Below are positions 18,978 to 28,071 of a stretch of DNA of 64,000 bases, in pieces. How positions within the stretch are numbered: position 1 is the stretch's first letter; every line of letters begins with the position of its first letter. Position numbers and translations under genes: made by a program. Under the pieces are notes generated by a model. The model saw only the letters and a list, made by a program, of their open reading frames with translations. It did no database searches and was not told the origin of the DNA. This DNA is from Alphaproteobacteria bacterium (GTDB lineage: Bacteria; Pseudomonadota; Alphaproteobacteria; GCA-2731375), in the NCBI GenBank assembly GCA_965232515.1, contig CBDDPY010000002.1:5312001-5376000 (forward strand), written 5' to 3'.

Positions 18978-20054
18978 TTAGTCGGCGCGACGGCGCAACG
19001 TAAAGAAGAACGTGCTGCCGCCAAGCTCGTTCGCCGCCACCCAGATCGTGCCGCCATGTTCGTTAACGATTTTCTTGCAAAGCGCGAGGCCGATGCCCGT
19101 GCCCTCGCCTTCGCCACGCGGCCGCGTGCGCTGAAACATGCGGAAAATCCGCTCTCTATGCCGTTCCTCGACGCCAATGCCGTTGTCCGCGACCGAGAAC
19201 AGCCAGTCGTCGTCCTTGGTCTCGGCGGCGACATGAATGCGGGGCGTTTCCGCGCCGCGATAGGCGATCGCATTGCCGATCAGATTCTGAAACACCCGCA
19301 TGATCTGCGGTCCACTGCAGGTGATTTCCGGCAGTGGGTCCTGGCTGATGGCGGCCCCGCTTTCGTTGATTGCGGCGTTGAGATTTTCCAGCGCCGTCGC
19401 CAGCAAATTGTCGGCCTGGAACGTCTCGAACGGCTCGGGCCGCGCACCGATTCGCGCATACGACAGCAGATCGTCCATCAGATTCGCCATCCGGTCCGCC
19501 GTCGTGTCGACATGCTCGAGCAGTTCGCCGGCGTCGGCGTCGCCGGATTTGTCGTTGCGAAGGCGCAGCAGATCGATGAAGGCCTTGATGTTCTTCAGCG
19601 GCGCCTTCAAGTCGTGCGAGGCGACATAAGCGAACTGTTCGAGTTCGCGGTTCGAATGTTCCAGCGATTTGCGCTGCGTGATGTCGTTTTGAATGCCGAC
19701 GAAGGCCGTCAATTCGCCGCCGGCATCGAACACCGGCGTGATCACCACATCGTTCCAGAACGGCCGGCCGTCCTTGCGATAGTTCAGAATCTCGGCGCGC
19801 ACGCTTTCTTGCGCAGCGATCGCGTCGCGGATGCGGGTAACCGTCGCCGGATCCGTGTCCGGGCCCTGCAGGAACCGGCAGTTCGCACCCAGACAATCGT
19901 CGGCGCCGTAGCCCGTCAGGCTGGTGAAGGCGGGATTGACGAAAACGAGCGGATTGTCGGGCAGCGACGGATCGCTGATCGAAACGCCCGACAGCGTGGC
20001 TTCGACCGCCGCCTCGAAGCTGAGGCGGAGTTCCGGTCGTGCGCGATTAGGCAT
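18978..20054 (-). CDS. LOV-domain blue-light sensor histidine kinase
   Basis: DNPLVFVN, GANCRFLQ (photoactive Cys), NYRKDG, FWN, FVGIQNDIT; H-box FAYVASHDLKAPL; N, G1 and G2 boxes. Confidence 0.95.
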   Translation of the reverse strand: MPNRARPELRLSFEAAVEATLSGVSISDPSLPDNPLVFVNPAFTSLTGYGADDCLGANCRFLQGPDTDPATVTRIRDAIAAQESVRAEILNYRKDGRPFWNDVVITPVFDAGGELTAFVGIQNDITQRKSLEHSNRELEQFAYVASHDLKAPLKNIKAFIDLLRLRNDKSGDADAGELLEHVDTTADRMANLMDDLLSYARIGARPEPFETFQADNLLATALENLNAAINESGAAISQDPLPEITCSGPQIMRVFQNLIGNAIAYRGAETPRIHVAAETKDDDWLFSVADNGIGVEERHRERIFRMFQRTRPRGEGEGTGIGLALCKKIVNEHGGTIWVAANELGGSTFFFTLRRRAD

Positions 20055-20080
20055 TCTGTGTCCTCAAAATTCCGATCTGC

Positions 20081-20566
20081 CTAGATCAGTTGAAACTGTC
20101 CGGTCGCCTTGAAACGCAGATAGGCCTCGATGCTGCGGACCATGTTCGGCAACGTCTCGGGCAACGCGGTCGGCGCGAACCAATCGAGCGCCAGGGTTTC
20201 GTCATCGCCGCTGAGTTCGCCGGAAAATGCGGTCGCGTAGAACATCAGGACATGGGCGTGCAGCCGGTGGCCGTTCGGATAGGTGAAACGTTCGAATTGC
20301 GGTTCGCTGCCATGGCCGAACGGCCGCGGCGCGACGACGTCCAGGCCGGTTTCCTCGCGGGTTTCCCGCACGATGGTCTGCAGCACGGAATCGCCGTCTT
20401 CGGCATTGCCGCCAGGCAGTCCCCAAACGCCGAAATCTGCCCGCTTCTGCAACAGGATTCGGCCGTCATCACGCTCAATGACAATACGGGCGCCAGGCAC
20501 CAGCAGCAGCCGATTGCCGACAACATCGCGTAATCGTCCGAGATAGCTCTCCGCGAATCCAGTCAT
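20081..20566 (-). CDS. NUDIX hydrolase
   Basis: GNAEDGDSVLQTIVRETREETGL Nudix box. Confidence 0.9.
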   Translation of the reverse strand: MTGFAESYLGRLRDVVGNRLLLVPGARIVIERDDGRILLQKRADFGVWGLPGGNAEDGDSVLQTIVRETREETGLDVVAPRPFGHGSEPQFERFTYPNGHRLHAHVLMFYATAFSGELSGDDETLALDWFAPTALPETLPNMVRSIEAYLRFKATGQFQLI

Positions 20567-20708
20567 GCCACCGTCCAGGCGATTTCGCCGGCCGTACTGC
20601 CTTTGTTGATGCCGATCAACGCGCGATTCGGGGGTGAAGTTAGCCTGCCAAGCGCCGACGGCCAACGGTTCCGTTGGTCAGAACGTGTGGCAAAGCGGAG
20701 GGCCCGAG

Positions 20709-21002
20709 ATGCGACTGTCTGGAATTGTCAGGGCTTTGCCTGCCCTTGCGACAGCCTTGATGCTCATCGCCGGTCAGGCTGCCGCGCAGGCCGACTGGCG
20801 CGCGCATCTGGAATGGCAGATGGCCGATCAGCACGAATGCGAGGTTGCCTTCCTGACCGGTGTGCTCGAGCAGGAGGTCAACGGCAAGCCCGTCGTCTTC
20901 GCGCGCGTGCACTGCGCCGATCAGCGCAGCTTCGACGTCTCGCGCACCGACGCGTTCACCGACTTCAAGGTCACCGCCTGCAAGAAGGAGCGGACCTGCT
21001 AG
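20709..21002 (+). CDS. Small secreted protein with 4 Cys
   Basis: GGAG RBS, signal peptide ending AAA-Q, four Cys in the mature part. Confidence 0.75.
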   Translation: MRLSGIVRALPALATALMLIAGQAAAQADWRAHLEWQMADQHECEVAFLTGVLEQEVNGKPVVFARVHCADQRSFDVSRTDAFTDFKVTACKKERTC

Positions 21003-21032
21003 GGCGCCTTCTGATTCCGCGAAGCGCGAAGG

Positions 21033-21117
21033 GCTCGACCCGTCCCGCTCCCCCACCCGACCACCCACGGAAGTATGCTTGATGGGTGGTCGGGTGGGGG
21101 AGCGGGACGGGTCGAGC
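21033..21117. repeat. Perfect 35-bp inverted repeat (REP-like) between convergent genes
   Basis: GCTCGACCCGTCCCGCTCCCCCACCCGACCACCCA (21033-21067), 15-nt loop, exact reverse complement at 21083-21117. Confidence 0.92.
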
Positions 21118-21146
21118 ATCGGCCGTAAGGCCGACACTGTCAGACC

Positions 21147-22322
21147 TTATCCCCGCGCCAGGCGCCGGGCGATCGACCAGCGGTGGGTCTCGTTCGAGCC
21201 GTCGTAGATGCGGAAGCCGCGGATGTCGCGGAAGATGCGCTCGACCTCGGTGTCGCGTGTCATGCCGAGGCCGCCCAGGAGCTGCAACGACCGGTCGACG
21301 ACGCGGTAGACGGCTTCGGAACAGACCACCTTGGCCATGCTGGATTCGCGGCCGCCGCGCCGGCCCTGGTCCAGCACCCAGGCCGTGTGCCAGATCGCGA
21401 GGCGCGCCGTCTGCAGGTCCATCTCGTTGTCGGCCAGCTGGAAGCTGGCGCCCTGATGCTCGATCAGCCGGTTGCCGAAGACCTCGCGCTTCGACGCATA
21501 GTCCGTAGCGATGTCGTGTGCCCGCGTCGCCGCGCCCAGCCAGCGCATGCAGTGCGTCAGCCGCGCCGGCGCCAGCCGCACTTGCGCATAGCGGAAGCCG
21601 TGGCCGATCTCGCCCAGCACCGAGTCCGGCGTTACCCTGAGGTCGTTGAAGTTCAGCACCGCGTGGCCGCCGGTGAAGCTGGAATCGAGCGTGTCCAGTG
21701 TGCGCTCGATCTCGATCGCCGGGTCGTCCATGGGCCAGAGGAACATCGACGCGCCGAGATCGTTGCCGCCGGCATCCACGGTGCGCGCCATGATGATGGC
21801 GAAGGCCGCGCCCTCGGCTCCGGTGATCAGCCACTTCTGGCCGCTGATGACGTATTCGTTGCCGTCCTGGCGGGCCGTGGTCAGCAGCGCGCTCGGGTCC
21901 GAGCCGGCGCCCGGCATCGGCTCGGTCATGGCGAAGCAGGACCGGGTCTCGCCGGTCGCCAGCGGCTTCAGGTAGCGCTCCTTCTGATCGTCGCGCGCGA
22001 CCTCGTCCAGCAGGTGCATGTTGCCCTCGTCGGGCGCGGCGATGTTCAGCGCCACCGGCCCCAGCATGGAATAGCCCGCCGCCTCGAACAGCACCGCCTT
22101 GGTGCGGTGGTCATGGCCGAGACCGCCCCATTCCGGGCTCACATGCGAGGACAGCAGGCCCTCGGCCCTGCCCAGCGCCACCAATTCGGCGCGCAGGTCG
22201 TCGGTCGGCCCGTGCGGCGTGCGCCGCGGATCGTTCTCGAACGGAATGATCTTCTCCCGCACGAAGGCGGCGGTGCGCGCCTGCAGGTCTTCCTGTTCGG
22301 GCGTCAACGCGAAATCGATCAT
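21147..22322 (-). CDS. Acyl-CoA dehydrogenase
   Basis: APDEGNM, FAMTEP, GSD, GQKWLITGA, RIYDGSNETH. Confidence 0.93.
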   Translation of the reverse strand: MIDFALTPEQEDLQARTAAFVREKIIPFENDPRRTPHGPTDDLRAELVALGRAEGLLSSHVSPEWGGLGHDHRTKAVLFEAAGYSMLGPVALNIAAPDEGNMHLLDEVARDDQKERYLKPLATGETRSCFAMTEPMPGAGSDPSALLTTARQDGNEYVISGQKWLITGAEGAAFAIIMARTVDAGGNDLGASMFLWPMDDPAIEIERTLDTLDSSFTGGHAVLNFNDLRVTPDSVLGEIGHGFRYAQVRLAPARLTHCMRWLGAATRAHDIATDYASKREVFGNRLIEHQGASFQLADNEMDLQTARLAIWHTAWVLDQGRRGGRESSMAKVVCSEAVYRVVDRSLQLLGGLGMTRDTEVERIFRDIRGFRIYDGSNETHRWSIARRLARG

Positions 22323-22359
22323 GCACACTCTCTCTTCATTGAATTGTCGACGGGTAGTG

Positions 22360-23505
22360 TCAGCGCAGGCCGCGGGCGAAATCCCGGATGTCGTTGACCA
22401 GCAGGTCCGGCTGCTCCATGGCGGCGAAGTGGCCGCCGTGCCGCATCTCGGTCCAGCGCTCGACATTGTACGCCTTCTCGGCGTAGGAGCGCGGCGGCCA
22501 GAAGATCAGATCTTTTGGGAACTGCGCGATGCCGACCGGCGCCTCGACGCGCTCGCCCGGCGGCAGCGCGTTGCTCTCGTGGCCATAGCCGTAATACATC
22601 CAGGTGCTGGTGTTGAAGGTCCGGGTGACCAGATAGATCATCACGTTGGTCAGCAACTGGTCCATGGAATAGACCGATTGCAGGTCGTCCCCGTCGATGT
22701 CGGACCAGCCGTGGAACTTCTCGACGATCCAGGCGGCGACGCCGACGGGGCTGTCCATCAGCGCATAGGACAGTGTCTGCGGCTTGGTCGACTGCATGCG
22801 GAAATAGCCGCCCTCGACCGAAAAGATCTCGCGCGACTGTTTGGCCCAGGCGATCTCCGCCTCCGTCTCCGGCCGCGCGCCGCCCGGGCGCAGGCCGTTC
22901 ATGTTCAGGTGGATCGCCTGGCAGGCCGGCGTGTGGTCGAAGCCGAGCCAGCTCGTGATCACGCTGCCCCAGTCGCCGCCCTGGGCCATATAGCCGTCGT
23001 AGCCCAGCACCTGGTTCATCAGCGCCGCGAAATAGGCCGCCGTCTTGCGCGGCCCGATCGGCCTGTCCGGCTTGGACGAGAATCCATAACCCGGCAGCGA
23101 CGGCACGATCACATCGAAGGCGTCGGCCGCGTTGCCGCCATGGCGTTCGGGATGCGCCAGCGGTCCGATGATCTCCTGGAACTCCCAGACCGAGCCCGGC
23201 CAGCCGTGGCTGATGATCAGCGGCACCGGGTTCGGGCCGCTGCCGCGCTCGTGGATGTAGTGGATGTCCAGGCTGTTGATCTGAACAATGAAATGCGGCC
23301 AGGCATTCATCGCCGCCTCGTGCACCCGCCAGTCGTATTCTTCGACCCAATAGGCGCAGAGCTCGCGCATATAGTCGAGGTTGGCGCCATAGCCCCAGCC
23401 GCCGTCATCAGGCATCTCGTGCCAGTCGTAGTCGGCCACCCGCTGCCGGATGCGCTCCAGCGTCGCGTCCGGAATGTCGATCGTGAACGAAAACGGCGTC
23501 GTCAT
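22360..23505 (-). CDS. Epoxide hydrolase (EHN / microsomal type)
   Basis: HGWPGS, PSLPGYGFS, QGGDWG, GGHFAAMEQP. Confidence 0.93.
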   Translation of the reverse strand: MTTPFSFTIDIPDATLERIRQRVADYDWHEMPDDGGWGYGANLDYMRELCAYWVEEYDWRVHEAAMNAWPHFIVQINSLDIHYIHERGSGPNPVPLIISHGWPGSVWEFQEIIGPLAHPERHGGNAADAFDVIVPSLPGYGFSSKPDRPIGPRKTAAYFAALMNQVLGYDGYMAQGGDWGSVITSWLGFDHTPACQAIHLNMNGLRPGGARPETEAEIAWAKQSREIFSVEGGYFRMQSTKPQTLSYALMDSPVGVAAWIVEKFHGWSDIDGDDLQSVYSMDQLLTNVMIYLVTRTFNTSTWMYYGYGHESNALPPGERVEAPVGIAQFPKDLIFWPPRSYAEKAYNVERWTEMRHGGHFAAMEQPDLLVNDIRDFARGLR

Positions 23506-23704
23506 GCCGCCATGATAACGGCTAAGCGGCCAAACGTCCGACCGTTTCCGAACGTGACGAGGTGGTTCGCCATAGAACAAACGTCGTCATGCTGGCGAAG
23601 GCCAGCATCCAGCGGCTTCTCCATTCGTTCAGACGTTGACCATGTGGATCCTGGCCTTCGCCAGGATGACCAAGAGGTAAAGGTTTTTCGCGATGCGCTT
23701 TTTG

Positions 23705-24502
23705 TTACTCCGCGGCATCCGTTTCGCGCGCCAACGCCAGCAAACAATCGTCTCCCAGCAGCTCGAGCGGCGTGAAGTCCTGGTTGGCGTAGTAGTCGGG
23801 CCGGGTCGGTTTGCGGATCGCGTTGTCGACGCGGTTGCAGGTCAGATAGACGATGTGCCGCGTCCATGGCGAGATGTTCGGCGCCGAGGCGTGCGCCAGG
23901 CAGCCATGGAAGAATACGCCCGAGCCCGAAGGTCCCTTCGGCGCGACGATGCCGTTGGTCTCGGCCAGGCGCGATACGTCTTCCGGGGACAATGTCAGCA
24001 GCGGCGTCGCGCCGGGCAGCGGCTCGGCCTCGGCAGCCATGCGGCCGTCGCGATGCGAGCCGGGGATGAAGCAGATCGGCCCGTTGAACTCCGTCACCTC
24101 GTCCATGAACAGCGCGAAGTTCATGGCCCTCGGTTCCGGCATGCCGTCATGCGCGTGCCAGGAGGCGAAGTCCTGGTGCCAGGGAAAGTCGAGCTTGCCG
24201 AACGGCTCCTTGGGGATGACCTTGTACTGGTGCGCGTAGACCGGGCCGCCCAGGATCTGCAGTGCCGGTTCCAGCAGCCGGGGATGCGACAGCAGGCGGC
24301 GGAACGGTTCGCTGTAGCGCTCCATGGCGAGGCAGGCGCGCACCTCGCCGTCGTCGGCGCGCAATACCTCCGGCCGTTGCATGCCCCAGATCCGCGGCAT
24401 GTCGCCCATCAGCACCGCGATTTCCGCGGCCGAGAACAGCTCGGGCAGGAACAGATAGCCGTCGCGTTCGAATGCGGCCACCTGGCCGTCGGTCAGTTGC
24501 AT
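23705..24502 (-). CDS. Phytanoyl-CoA dioxygenase family (EctD-like) Fe/2OG oxygenase
   Basis: WHQD, NGP, IPGSH, HAS facial triad. Confidence 0.9.
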   Translation of the reverse strand: MQLTDGQVAAFERDGYLFLPELFSAAEIAVLMGDMPRIWGMQRPEVLRADDGEVRACLAMERYSEPFRRLLSHPRLLEPALQILGGPVYAHQYKVIPKEPFGKLDFPWHQDFASWHAHDGMPEPRAMNFALFMDEVTEFNGPICFIPGSHRDGRMAAEAEPLPGATPLLTLSPEDVSRLAETNGIVAPKGPSGSGVFFHGCLAHASAPNISPWTRHIVYLTCNRVDNAIRKPTRPDYYANQDFTPLELLGDDCLLALARETDAAE

Positions 24503-24512
24503 CTCCGGTTCC

Positions 24513-25328
24513 TCACATGTCTGCCGTTTCGATCACGCGTTCGACGACGGCTTGCAAGGCCATGCCGGCCTCGGCGCCGATCGCGTGACCGGTTTCGTTC
24601 ACGTGACTGACGATACCGTCGTCCCAGGCCGAGCGCGCATCGCCGATACGCGCCGTCTCGGCCGAGACCGTGGCGGCGATCATCGGGTACTGGTCCAGCA
24701 GCTTCAGCCGTCGAATGCCGGCGTCGTCCTTGCCGACGCCGGCGTCGTTGAAGGTGACGGCCAGCAGGCCGTTCGGGATCGCCGTGTCGGCCTTGCCGCC
24801 GAGCAGCGCGCCGTGCGAGCCGGTAATGACGATGGCGCCGGCGTCGCCCGGCGTGATCAACGAGGCGGAATCGCAGCCGATCACGCGCGGTTCGCCCGGC
24901 GCCTCGCGCAGCACGAAGCGCGCCTCGTCGTAGGCCGGCGCCGCGCCGCGCCAGACCGGCGCTCGCAGCAAGGCCCCGGCGCAGGTCATCGCCGCCTGGC
25001 CCGGCCGGCAGCCGAGCGCCGTCGCCGCCTCGTTCACATGGCTGATGCGGCCGTGTTCGGCCATGTCGCCGGCATTGGCGATGCAGCCGGTCGCGGCGTC
25101 GACGGTCGCCGCCGGCAGGCCGAGGCCCTGCAGATAGGCGAGCCCCCCAATGCCGGCCTCGTCCTTGCCCACCGAGGCGTCGTTCAGGATCACCGCCCGC
25201 ACGCCGGCCTTGGCGGCGCAATAGGCGGCATAGACGCCGCCATGGCTGGCGCCGATCAGCACCACATCGCGGTGGCTCTCGTCCAGCTTGGTGACCGTGT
25301 CGATCAGCTTGATCTCAGGCTGCGCCAT
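24513..25328 (-). CDS. Conserved hypothetical protein made of two homologous halves
   Basis: SHG...NDA.VGKD.AGI...AATV...SHVNE occurs twice. Confidence 0.8.
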   Translation of the reverse strand: MAQPEIKLIDTVTKLDESHRDVVLIGASHGGVYAAYCAAKAGVRAVILNDASVGKDEAGIGGLAYLQGLGLPAATVDAATGCIANAGDMAEHGRISHVNEAATALGCRPGQAAMTCAGALLRAPVWRGAAPAYDEARFVLREAPGEPRVIGCDSASLITPGDAGAIVITGSHGALLGGKADTAIPNGLLAVTFNDAGVGKDDAGIRRLKLLDQYPMIAATVSAETARIGDARSAWDDGIVSHVNETGHAIGAEAGMALQAVVERVIETADM

Positions 25329-25434
25329 GGCGCCCGACACCTCCCATGGCCATTCTGCGCGGTCATGGCCGGCCTGGCAATTTTGTCGGTCGGCGATGCC
25401 GATGCCGGCCGGACCGGGTCGGGGATCGTCGGCG

Positions 25435-26502
25435 CTACTTCTGCGCTTCCATGTATAGCGAGACCTTGGCGACCGAATTGCGGTCGAAGTAGGTGATGTC
25501 CCGCATCACCGGGCACCGGCTCTGACCGATGCCGGACCGCTCGACCCGGCTGAAACCGGTATCGTGCAGGGCTTGCGTCAGTTTGTCCGCCGTCCACCAG
25601 GTCACATTGTTGTTCGGACTGCGTTCGATCAGATCGAGGTCGATCTCGCAACAGAGCGCATCGAGGATGTCCGGCAACGGCCGGCCGCTCCGACAGAGCG
25701 CGTCGATCTCCGCGTCGGTCGGTTTTGTCGTCTTTGCAAACGTGGCTGCCTGGTAGCGGTGGCCGGCCACGTGACCGATGAACTTCTGTGCGATTGTCGG
25801 CCCCTCGCCAACGGGATGCCAGCTGAAGAAGCTCTCGTCGCCGTCAAGATAGGCATTGAGCATCCGCTCGGCATCGATGCAGACGAGGCGGAAGAAGCCG
25901 CCTGGCTTAAGGCAGCGGAAGACGTCGCCAAGAAAGAACCGGATATCGTCCTCGGGCAGCAGGTTGATCACATGCGAGCAATAGAATGCCTCGGCCCGAT
26001 CGTCCGGCAGCGATAGCGGCCGGCGCTGCAGAATGTCGTATTCGATATCGACGTTGTCGAAGTCGTACGCGTCGGTGGTCTTTTCGACATTGGTCCAGCG
26101 GCGATGTCGGAAATCGCCCGGTCCGACGTTGTAGAACCGCTTTTCGACCAACACGTCGCGCGGATAAAGCTGTTCGTACAGCGCGTCGTAGTCGATCTTG
26201 CCGTTCTCGGGTGGATTCCGGGCGTCGATCTGCGCCTGTTCCAACGCCCTCCTCAGCTTCTCGATCTCAAGATCCCGCTGGACCACGGTTTCGCGCAGCA
26301 TGGACAGCAGGTCCTGAAAGGCATCCTCGTGTCGCCCGATCATGGCGTGGCTGAGGGCGTTGCCGATGCGGGCGCCGACGTCGTCGGGATCGTCGGCCAG
26401 GATCCGTTGATAGGCGGCGATGGCGTCGGCTCCGCGACCGTCCATCTGCGCCGCCATCGCCTCGGTCAGCAGATCCCGTTCCGTCGCACGTTTTGGCTGC
26501 AT
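25435..26502 (-). CDS. TPR plus class I SAM methyltransferase-like protein
   Basis: TPR AIAAYQRILADDPDD, coiled coil, YNVGPG, YCSHVINLL, FRCLKPGG; start uncertain. Confidence 0.78.
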   Translation of the reverse strand: MQPKRATERDLLTEAMAAQMDGRGADAIAAYQRILADDPDDVGARIGNALSHAMIGRHEDAFQDLLSMLRETVVQRDLEIEKLRRALEQAQIDARNPPENGKIDYDALYEQLYPRDVLVEKRFYNVGPGDFRHRRWTNVEKTTDAYDFDNVDIEYDILQRRPLSLPDDRAEAFYCSHVINLLPEDDIRFFLGDVFRCLKPGGFFRLVCIDAERMLNAYLDGDESFFSWHPVGEGPTIAQKFIGHVAGHRYQAATFAKTTKPTDAEIDALCRSGRPLPDILDALCCEIDLDLIERSPNNNVTWWTADKLTQALHDTGFSRVERSGIGQSRCPVMRDITYFDRNSVAKVSLYMEAQK

Positions 26503-26645
26503 CTTGGATCCCGACGATTGTTGAGCCGCCACAAAGGCGCCCGAATTGAACTACTCGGCTTCAATACGCCGATCATTCGGGGTTATGGTTTAAAAGTCGT
26601 AACCGAGCTGTTGCCTGAGACGACAGCGAAGCGGGAGGTTGTCGC

Positions 26646-27425
26646 GTGCCCATAAACGCCGTGCCGGGGTCGGATGCCCGGGCCAAGTATTCAGACGACG
26701 AATGGCGGGTGCGGGTCGATCTCGCGGCCTGCTACCGGCTGGTTCAGCACTACGGCCTCAGTGACCTGATCTACAACCACATCACCGCTGCCGTGCCCGG
26801 CGCCGACGGCCGGGTGCTGATCAATCCCTACGGCCTGCGCTACGACGAGGTCACGGCATCGAACCTGATCCGCATCGATCTCGCCGGCAACATCCTCGAA
26901 GAGACGCCGCACGAGATAAACCCGGCCGGCTATGTCATCCATTCCGCCGTGCACGCGGCGCGCTCGGACGTAAAATGCGTGCTGCACACCCACAGCCGCG
27001 CCGGCTGCGCGGTATCGGCCATGAAGCGCGGCCTGCTGCCGCTCGACCAGCAATCCATGCAGTTCTACAACCGCGTCGCCTATCACGATTTCAACGGCTT
27101 CGCCCTCGACGACGACGAAAAGAAGCTGCTGGTCGCGAACCTCGGCGACAAGCGGGCGATGATCCTGCGCAACCACGGCCTGCTGGTGGCGGCCGGCTCG
27201 GTATCTGAGGCCTTCCGGCTGATCTTCTACCTCGAGCGCGCCTGCCAGCTGCAGCTCGATGTGCTGCAAACCGGTGAGGAACTGCATTTGCCGGGGCACG
27301 AGATCTGCGAGCACACGGCCCGGCAATGGGAGAGCGGCGCCGCCGGCATCGGCATCGGCGAGACCCGCGAATGGCCGGCGCTGATGCGCATGCTGGAAGT
27401 CGACGATCCGTCGTTCATGACGTAG
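26646..27425 (+). CDS. Class II aldolase/adducin family protein
   Basis: IYNHIT, IHSAVH, LHTH, LRNHG. Confidence 0.93.
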   Translation: MPINAVPGSDARAKYSDDEWRVRVDLAACYRLVQHYGLSDLIYNHITAAVPGADGRVLINPYGLRYDEVTASNLIRIDLAGNILEETPHEINPAGYVIHSAVHAARSDVKCVLHTHSRAGCAVSAMKRGLLPLDQQSMQFYNRVAYHDFNGFALDDDEKKLLVANLGDKRAMILRNHGLLVAAGSVSEAFRLIFYLERACQLQLDVLQTGEELHLPGHEICEHTARQWESGAAGIGIGETREWPALMRMLEVDDPSFMT

Positions 27426-27573
27426 AAAGACCTGGAAACGTCACACGGGGAAACTACTATCGATTGTTAGGTTTCTGCATTTTCGCGATTCGATGCGGAA
27501 GTACTGGCGTGATGGCTGCGGTCAAGACGGCCACACGAGGGACCGGGACGGCAACGGGAGACGGGGTGAGGGC

Positions 27574-27969
27574 ATGCGTCTATTCAATCGCAACAAGCTG
27601 CAGGTGATTTTCCTGGTGCCGGTGGCGGTGGCCATGTCGGACAGCGACGGCTGTTCCAGCACGCCGCCGGCCGAGCCGCTGACGGCAACGCAGATCTCCG
27701 ACGTTCTGACCGGCAACACGGTCACCGACCCGGACCAGACGTCGTTCGCGCTTGTGCTGGCGGACGGCAGTCTGCGCGGCCGCGATACGCCGAACGGCGG
27801 CACGGTTGGCCAGTGGCGGGTCAGCGACAACGGCGTGCTCTGCGCCACCTGGACCGACGTTCAGGGCGGTCAGGAGAACTGCGATGTCGTCCGCTTTACC
27901 GGCGACAAGCAATACAGCTGGGGCGGCCGCGTGTTCATGGTGGTCGAAGGCAATCCGCAAAACCTCTAG
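27574..27969 (+). CDS. Small exported hypothetical protein, possible lipoprotein
   Basis: Hydrophobic N-terminus then DGC; LTGNTV, GQWRV..NGVLCATW, second Cys. Confidence 0.65.
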   Translation: MRLFNRNKLQVIFLVPVAVAMSDSDGCSSTPPAEPLTATQISDVLTGNTVTDPDQTSFALVLADGSLRGRDTPNGGTVGQWRVSDNGVLCATWTDVQGGQENCDVVRFTGDKQYSWGGRVFMVVEGNPQNL

Positions 27970-28071
27970 ACGGTCGCGTCGGGTGGCCAATATGTCTTTG
28001 CAGATGCGGATGCCGCCGGCACGGTCGCTGACGCGCATCCGTGAATATCTACGTTTGGGGAAGTCGGAGCC

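Noticed and set aside
23705-24502. Ectoine hydroxylase ectD
   Set aside because: Has WHQDF rather than the EctD WHSDFETWH signature, and no ect genes are nearby
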